Below, piece by piece: positions 57,059-64,000 of a stretch of 64,000 nt of DNA; position 1 is the first letter of the stretch; the number at the start of each line of letters is the position of its first letter. Both the position numbers and the translations under genes were made by a program. This DNA comes from an uncultured Planctomycetota bacterium. GTDB lineage: Bacteria > Planctomycetota > Planctomycetia > Isosphaerales > Isosphaeraceae. The notes beneath the pieces were generated by a model. The model had not been told where the DNA came from, did not search any database, and saw nothing but the letters and a program-made list of their open reading frames with translations. The DNA lies in assembly GCA_963845755.1 (NCBI GenBank), contig CAWJTV010000012.1:96001-160000 (forward strand). The letters run 5' to 3'.

Positions 57059-57811
57059 ATGGATGGCAGGGACCAGAACCGACGCCTCAAAGAGCTGAAC
57101 CAGGCTCTACGTGACACCGGCTGTCTGGAGGTGCGCTTTCGACTTTACAAATTCTCGCAGAGCCTGAACATTTTCCTAAGCAATCACGAGGACTTGGAAA
57201 ATGCCATCAGTAAGCACGTGTCCTATATACCCTTACTTGATTATTACGACCCCGAATTGAATGCCGCCGTGAGCGAGCAGCTCTTTCAGATAATCCGGCA
57301 TCTCCATAACACGGTCGCCGCCGCGCAATCATTGGTTGATCATACGACCATCTTTTTTCGCAGGTTTTATCGGGATTCCAACCAGATTCCCGATTATCAA
57401 GCTCAAATCGACAGCCGATTCAAGAACCATGGACTGACCCAATTCGTGATCTGCCTGCGGCAGTTCTGCCAGCACTACCGCAATGTTGCCCTGACGTCGA
57501 GCCTACTCTTCGACCACCTGCATCGTCCGCATACTCGAATCATCCGTCTGACCAAGCATGACCTGCTGGAATTCGGCAGTTGGAAAGCCGCCGCCAAGCA
57601 GTTCCTCAACGGACTCCCCGAAGAGATCGACATCCTCGATATCCTCAGAAACTATAAAAATCACATCATAGAATTTTATAATTGGTTCATGTCCCGCTTA
57701 AACGATATTCACCAGGAGGATTTCGCCACGTACAACCGTATCATGGATGAAATCGAGCTATACCGTCCACCTCGATTCCCCCTCGCCATCGTTCCGAAAT
57801 CCAACGATTGA
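57059..57811 (+). CDS. Hypothetical helical protein with a HEPN-like Rx4H motif
   Basis: 250-aa ORF, visibly lower GC than the flanks; 'HLHNTVAAAQSLVDH' and 'LRQFCQH'. Confidence 0.6.
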   Translation: MDGRDQNRRLKELNQALRDTGCLEVRFRLYKFSQSLNIFLSNHEDLENAISKHVSYIPLLDYYDPELNAAVSEQLFQIIRHLHNTVAAAQSLVDHTTIFFRRFYRDSNQIPDYQAQIDSRFKNHGLTQFVICLRQFCQHYRNVALTSSLLFDHLHRPHTRIIRLTKHDLLEFGSWKAAAKQFLNGLPEEIDILDILRNYKNHIIEFYNWFMSRLNDIHQEDFATYNRIMDEIELYRPPRFPLAIVPKSND

Positions 57812-57819
57812 TGCTCATC

Positions 57820-57977
57820 ATGCCCTCGAAGCCCAAACCTCAGCCACCCGCGCCGTCCAAGGTCATGAAAGTCACTCTGTGGCTGCGCGTCGAGAACAAC
57901 AACAAGTACATCCGGGGCAAGAAGAAGGCCCGCCAGGAGATCGAGGACCGCGTCCTCAGCCGCTACCACATGAAGAA
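57820..57977 (+). pseudogene. Small gene truncated by ISL3
   Basis: 'KVTLWLRVENNNKYIRGKKKARQEIE' runs into the ISL3 left end. Confidence 0.5.
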
Positions 57978-59355
57978 GGCTCTTCTGCAAAACGTGTGGG
58001 TAGGAAATCGTGTATTGCGGCCCTGAAACCCCTCGTTTGAAGGGCCTTTTGGCTTCTCTTCGGCGCGAAGAATCTGGCATGATGACCGGATGCGAAAACA
58101 ACGTCGATTGGAAGATGCGTACCGGTTTATCGGTTTCCGTCCGGACCCCAGGGTCCGTGGCATCTTCGGAGATCCCAAGGCGAGGATCGTGCGGCTCCTG
58201 CGCCGGGGAAAAAAATGGCCTGCGGCGCCTGTGGGCGGATTCAGCGAACCTTTTACGACCGCACGACCCGTCGAGTACGCGACCTCTCCTGTGGCGACAC
58301 CCGGGTCAACCTGGAGTTCGAGGTCCGGCGAGTGTCTTGCCGGAGCTGCGGCGCCGTGAAACGGGAGCATCTGCCCTGGTTGGCCAACAACCCTTTCTAC
58401 ACCAAGCGGTTCGCCTTCTATGTGGGGCGGCGCTGTCGGGCCTCGACGGTCCGGGATGTGGCCCGCGAACTCCGGCTCGATTGGAGAACCGTCAAGGCGC
58501 TGGAAATGGAGTACATGGGCGAGCAACTCCGACGCGCCGGGACGCCTGGCCCGAAGGTGATCGGCATCGACGAACTCTCCATCGGCAAGGGGCACAACTA
58601 CCGCATCGTCGTGAGCGATTTGATCCGCGGCCGGCCGATCTGGTTCGGAGGCACGGATCGATCCGAGGAGAGCATGGACCTCTTCTTCCAGTGGCTGGGG
58701 CCGCGGAAATGCAAGGGAATCCGCCTGACCGTGATGGACATGTGGAAGGCGTTCCGCAACTCCACCCTCAAGACGGGGAACGCGCCCCAGGCCGGCATCC
58801 TCTATGACAAGTTTCACATTCTCAAGCACTTGAACGAGGCCTTGGACAAGGTGCGCAAGAGCGAGTACGCCCGGCTCTCGGGAAAGGACCGAAAGTTCAT
58901 CAAGGGCCAGAAGTACACACTGCTGTCCCGCCGGGCCAACTTGTCCCAGGAGGGGCGGCAGTCGTTGAAGGCGCTGTTCAAGGCCAACAGGAGGTTGAAC
59001 AAAGCCTACCTCCTCAAGGAGATGTTCGGTCAGCTCTGGGATTACAAGCGGGAGGTATGGGCGCGGCGATTCTTCGAGCGATGGAAATCGGCCTTGAGGT
59101 GGCAACGCCTCAAGCCGTACGAGAAGTTCGCACGGATGGTCGATGAGCACTGGGACGGAATCGCGTCGTATTGCCATGAGGAGAACAAGGTGCCCTTGGG
59201 TTTCGTCGAAGGGATCAACAACAAGATCCGCGTCATCCAACGACGGGCCTACGGACTTCGAGACGAAGAATACCTCCGGCTCAAAATCCTCACGTGCATG
59301 CTGCCGGAAATCTGAAAATCGGTCCGAAGTTACCCACACGCTTTGCAGAAGAGCC
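57978..59355 (+). mobile_element. ISL3-family insertion sequence
   Basis: IRs GGCTCTTCTGCAAAACGTGTGGGTA / TACCCACACGCTTTGCAGAAGAGCC; flanks are not duplicated. Confidence 0.92.
58090..59315 (+). CDS. ISL3 transposase, joined through GGGGAAAAAAA at 58205-58215
   Basis: Zinc finger CGAC/CRSC, 'IGIDE', 'MDMW', 'YDKFH' and 'VEGINNKIRVIQRRAYG'. Confidence 0.92.
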
Positions 59356-59363
59356 CAAAAAAA

Positions 59364-61074
59364 CTAGGATAGCAAAAGTAGCTGGGAAGCCCCTCGGCTT
59401 GGTATAATGGACGTAAGAACAGAACAGAGCAGAGGAGGCTTTCCATGCGCAACCCACAAACGACGACCTCGACCGCAACCCGATCGCGCCTTAACCCTCA
59501 CTCCGGTCCTCTTGAACTGCCCCGAGTGCCAGCACCGGACCGGTGCCGACTACAACAACTTTCGCACCATCAGCACCCTCGACGGCGTCTTCCGGCTGAC
59601 CCTGACGATCCGACGCTGCCCCAATCCCGCCTGCTCCCGCTTCCTGAGACCCTACCGCCCTGAGGCTGAGCCCCACTTCGCCTTGCCCTATCACGAGTTC
59701 GGCCTCGACGTCATGGCCCTGGTGGGCCGGCTCCGCTATGCCGAGCACCGCAGCATCCCCGAGATCCACCGCGAGCTCACGCACCGCGGGCTCATCCTGG
59801 CCGAACGCACCGTCACCAACCTGTTGGACCGCTACGACGAGCTGCGGTCCCTGGCCACGGCCGATCCCCAGCGACTCGGTCCGCTGTTGCGCCCGCAGGG
59901 CCGCGTCATCCTGGCCATCGACGGCCTGCAGCCGGATGTCGGCCACGAGGTCCTCTGGGTGCTGCGCGACTGCCTCTCCGGCGAGATCCTCCTGGCCAAG
60001 AGCCTGCTGTCGTCCACGGCCCAGGACCTGGCCGGCCTGATCGACCAGGTGCGGAAGGTCCTGCCGGTGCCGATCACCGGCGTGGTCTCCGACGGTCAGG
60101 AGAGCATCCGCAACGCCGTGGCTATCGCCCTCAAAGGTGTCCCCCATCAGCTCTGCCATTTCCACTACCTCCGCGAGGCGGCCAAGCCGATCTACGAGGC
60201 GGATCGCCACGCCAAGAAGGAGTTGAAGAAGCGGGTGCGGGGCATCCGGAAGATCGAGCGTGCGGCGGAGAAGGAGCTGGAGGACGACGCGGAGGACGCG
60301 GAGGCGGAGGTGGTGCGGGACTACTGCGCCGCGGTGCGCGGGGCCTTGACCGACGACGGACTGCCACCGCTTTCGGCCTCCGGGCTGAAGCGGCAGGATC
60401 GATTGAGCCGGATTGCCGCCAACTTGGACGATGTCGTCGCCAAGGCGGGCGACCTGCCCGGGGGTTTGAAACGGCTGAGGCAATTGCTGCGGCGCGGGCT
60501 GGAGGAGACGGCCGCGCTGTTCCCGGCGGTGCGCGAGTCGTACCAATGGGTCAAGCGCGCCGCCCGGATCCTCAAGAACGAGGAGGGGCTGCCGGCGAAG
60601 AAGGTGCGGCGGCGGCTGGTGCAACTGCTGGCGCAAATGCGCCGGGCGGTGGCGACGACAGACGAGCCCACGGTGCGGGCGGGTTTGAAGCAGTTCGTGA
60701 AGGTGACCCGGAGCTACTGGCCGGGCTTGTTTGCCTGCTACGAGTCGTCGGATCTGCCGCGGACGAATAACGACCTGGAGCACACCTTCGGCAGTCATCG
60801 CTACCACGAGCGCCGGGCCAGCGGTCGGCGTCGGGGGTCGCCGGGCCTGGTGGTGATGGGCTCGGCGCGGGTGATCTCGGGGCTGGCGACGCGGCTGCGG
60901 CCGGACGAAGGCTTGGTGCTGAGCCCGGGCTATGTTGAGGATTGGAAGGGACTGCGCGCGGAACTGGAGGCGCGGCGGGAATCGCGGCGGAAGCAACGCC
61001 GGTTCCGCCACAATCCCGATGCCTACCTCAAGGACTTGGAGCACCGCTGCCTCCAGCTAACTTTGCCAGCCTAG
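59364..61074 (+). mobile_element. Unclassified IS (IS256/MULE-like DDE)
   Basis: IRs CTAGGATAGCAAAAGTAGCTGG vs reverse complement CTAGGCTGGCAAAGTTAGCTGG; A7 on both flanks (59357-63 and 61075-81). Confidence 0.85.
59445..61074 (+). CDS. DDE transposase of the unclassified IS (likely start ATG 59445 with a 1-bp insertion after it)
   Basis: Zinc-finger N-terminus, 'LAIDGLQP', 'VVSDGQ', 'QLCHFH' (CxxH) and 'RTNNDLE'; stop codon lies inside the right IR. Confidence 0.85.
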
Positions 61075-61159
61075 AAAAAAACAACGATTCGGTCGGCCAT
61101 CATCCCCCGCGATGCCAACGTGGACGTGACCCCAAGACGATGAATCGCGTTGACCGCCG

Positions 61160-61187
61160 CCATCCGGTAATGGGGCTTATGTTAGGT
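61160..61187 (+). other. dif/Xer-like recombination site candidate
   Basis: CCATCCGGTAA-TGGGGC-TTATGTTAGGT: 11-6-11 layout with inner TAA/TTA; right arm 9/11 identical to the E. coli XerD arm TTATGTTAAAT. Confidence 0.45.
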
Positions 61188-61667
61188 CATGAACAGTCCT
61201 GAAGGATATGCGGACTTTGCGGGCGGACATTCGACCGCGAGTGGCTAGCGGCCGTGTACGGGGCTCACGCCCGAAAGATCGTCGGTATCGGTTCGACCGA
61301 CGCACGTTCAAAGTATGCTCGCGGCTCGATGAAAACGGTACGCTTGTCACTCTCGGCCCGCGAATACGGGTACTCCGATCCGACCCCCTTGACGTCCCGG
61401 CGTCCCGGAGATAACATCTCGCCTAACTTAATAGGTTAGGCATCCGGCAGTTGCGGAGCAGTAGAGCACGCGGTCCAGCCATCGAGTTCCCCGGTAGCTG
61501 GCGCGATCTCTTTGCAGCGAACGGGTGAATCTCAGGCGACCTCTGTTGTCCGGATGCCTTGGCCGGCCGGGCTGGGCCACCGCCGCGATGCTTAACCGCG
61601 TCGATCCGGTTCGGGACAACGACAGGGCCCGATCATCCAGGCCGGGCGGACCGCAGGAACCTCCGTC

Positions 61668-61880
61668 ATGCTCGACCACTTCCGGCGTCCCGGCCAGCCC
61701 CTTAACTTTCTCCCGAGGGCGGTCCGGCTGCTGGGGCGATCCGAGGGCCGGATGAGACCCGGCCACCTCTACGAGCTGCGCGTGCGGCACGATGACTGGT
61801 GCCACCACTGGGGCGGCGGGGCCTGCGACTGCGATCCGGATTGCAGCCTGGTCGAGGTCGGCACTCCTGAGCGGAACTAG
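61668..61880 (+). CDS. Small Cys/His-rich hypothetical protein
   Basis: 'RHDDWCHHWGGGACDCDPDC' putative metal-binding motif. Confidence 0.5.
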   Translation: MLDHFRRPGQPLNFLPRAVRLLGRSEGRMRPGHLYELRVRHDDWCHHWGGGACDCDPDCSLVEVGTPERN

Positions 61881-61932
61881 CCGACTCGATCGCGACCCCT
61901 CGGGGATCCCGCGCCGGCGAGCCGGCGAGGTC

Positions 61933-63402
61933 TCACGGCCGACCGGCCAGACACTCGCCGAGGGCGTCGGCCATCCGCTGGAAGACGCCAACCCAGTCCC
62001 CGCGCGTCGCCTGCCGGAACAGGCGGGCGCTCGAATACCAGGGTGAGTCGTCCCGGTCGAGCAGCCAGCGCCACTCGGCGCAATGGGATAGCGCGATCCA
62101 TGTCGGCCGCCCCAGGCCGCCCGCGCAATGGGCGACCGAGCTATCCGGGCTGATGACCAAGTCGAGCTGGCTGATGATCGCGGCGGTGTGGAGCCAGTCT
62201 CCGACCTGGTACTCGAAGCCGAGGTCCACGACTGGGAATCCCGACGCGGCGAGCTGCTCGCACCCGGGGCCCTTCTGCAGGCTGACCAGCGCCACACTCG
62301 GGACGGCCGCCAGCGGCGCCAGGTGCTCCAGGCGGAACGATCGCCTGGCGTCGGCCGCGTGCCGTGGATGTCCCTGCCAGCAGACGCCGACCCGGAATCC
62401 GCCGCGGGCCGCTCCCACTGAGCCCCTCCATCGCCCGGTCGTCTCGCTGTCCGGCGACAGATAGGGCTCGCCACCCCGCATCGTCTCCGGGGTCACCCCG
62501 AGGGCCGCCGCCAGGCCCAGGACGGTCGCCTGGGCCGCGGCCGGCGACAGGTCGCCCGGGTCGGTTGCGACCCGGTCGATCCCGCGGCAACGCCCCAACA
62601 GCCGGGCCTCGGCCGGGCGGCAGAGCAGCACGATCTCGCGCACCCGTCGAACGCGCCTCGGCCGCGAAGCGGATCGCCATCAGGGCGTCGCCGTATCCAT
62701 CCGTCGTGGTATTGAGCGCCAGCGTGCCGTCCAGCGGCTCGCCGCGCCAACTCGCGACCCCGGGGAGCCGGATGCCTCCGGCGGCGGGCGCCTCGTGCCG
62801 CAGCTCCAGCGCCGGCCAGCCAGCGTCGAAGTCGCCCAGCTTCAGCTTGAGGAGCCCGCGCCGAAGCGGACGGCGGCAGTCGCCGCCGCGGGGACGTCCC
62901 GCACGAACGCGTCGTAAGCGATCGCGGCCTCCCGGGGATGGCCGGCCCACTCCAGGGCCTGAGCCATCCGTTCCAGCAGCGCCGCGTCGCCGGGCCTGAG
63001 CCGCAGGGCCTCGCGGAATTCGGCGGCCGCGGCGACGTGGTCGTGCAGGCCATCGCGCAGGAGATGGGCGAGGTTGACGCGCGCCGGGTACGACCCGGGT
63101 TCGAGCCGGATCGCGGCGCGGTACTCGACCGCCGCTGCATCCAGTCCTCCCAGGAGCTGCCAGGCGATGCCGAGGTTGTTGTGGGCCCCCGGCAGCGTCG
63201 GATCGAGCCGGATGGCCTCGCGGAGCTCGATGATGGCCTGCCGTGGGTGCCCGTCGCGGATCAGGGCGAAACCCTGGTTATTGAGGTCCTTGGCCCGGGC
63301 GGAGCGGTCGGCGGGGGTCGGGACGATCGCCGACCGGTCCGTCGGCTGGGGGCCGCCCGCACGGCGATCCCGCTCGCGGAGGCGTCTCTTCGGCTGGCGC
63401 AT
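61933..63402 (-). CDS. TPR-containing glycosyltransferase (GT9-like C-terminus); indels near 62870 and 62645
   Basis: TPRs 'AHNNLGIA'; 'DGYGDALMAIRF', 'RVGVCWQG', 'LDLVISPDSSVAHCAGGLG' and 'WRWLLDRDDSPWY..ARLFRQ'. Confidence 0.85.
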
Positions 63403-63719
63403 GGTCACCCCCGCCCGGTCCCGAAGGGCGCCGGATCCCGGGCCGTTCGAGCCGGATTCGCCGTGCGGGCGGCCCGCGGTCGGCGGACCACCGCATCGCG
63501 AATCCGGCTTGGGGCACCGGTCACCTCTCCGGGTCCCGCAGCCATCCGGCGGTCTACCGGGTCATCTCCCCGAGCCGCTCCCCCCGGGCCGGCCGGTCGG
63601 CCGCCGAGGTTTGCGGGCCCGGGCCTCTATGTGACACGAGTCGGAGGCAACCTTATCACAACTGTCCGAGTATGCCAAGGCTTCCCGGCACGTGCCCGGG
63701 TCCATCACAGTGACCCGGA

Positions 63720-64000
63720 TTCAAGAAGGCGCCGCCGCCGCTAGTGACCTACCTTGAGAAGCCCGAGATCGAGGCCATACTAGCGGCCCCCGATGTCCGC
63801 ACGGCTCAGGGGTTTAAGGACTACGCGGTGCTTCTGTTTCTGTACAACACGGGCGCCCGGGCGGATGAGGCCGCTCACGTGTTGATCGGCGATCTTGAAC
63901 TCGGACCCATGCCAAAACGAGACATCTCTGCCGTCCTCATCCGGGGCAAAGGCGACAAGCGGCGACGTTGCCCCTTATGGGCCAGGACGGTCACTGAGTT
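63720..64000 (+). pseudogene. Tyrosine recombinase catalytic-domain fragment (RIT-type look), N-terminally truncated, runs off the window
   Basis: My translation: FKKAPPPLVTYLEKPEIEAILAAPD...DYAVLLFLYNTGARADE...IRGKGDKRRRCPLW; in-frame TGA at 63711 and no N-domain. Confidence 0.8.

Overview
GC-rich bacterial DNA that looks like a Planctomycete of the Isosphaeraceae type. The evidence is a DUF1549/DUF1553 + WD40-cytochrome c + PPC-domain operon, Ser/Thr kinases, large WD40 proteins and 'R[FMV][TS]xRxxM' N-terminal peptides. Many genes carry single-base indels, so the assembly is probably error-prone long-read sequence. Bases 1-30.4 kb look like ordinary chromosome: a MacAB-type ABC exporter, oxidoreductases, a kinase, an HNH nuclease, a kynureninase-like enzyme, a protease, an LRR protein and an enolase-family enzyme. 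A tRNA-Ser(GGA) at 30519-30605 marks the start of an accessory region. That region holds five IS elements (IS3, IS1634, IS630, ISL3 and an unclassified IS256/MULE-like element), a 228-bp IS4-type MITE, defence-like remnants and a truncated tyrosine recombinase. The most notable feature is an unannotated cassette-like array at about 32.8-43.4 kb. Co-oriented, mostly unrelated membrane or secreted genes are separated by direct copies of a degenerate ~74-bp repeat. Each repeat has a 22-bp core (7-bp imperfect inverted arms around an 8-bp asymmetric spacer) fused to a sigma70-like promoter facing the next gene. Several upstream stop codons abut or overlap the core. This resembles an integron- or dif-module-like gene-cassette system without attC hairpins; that reading is an inference and is untested.
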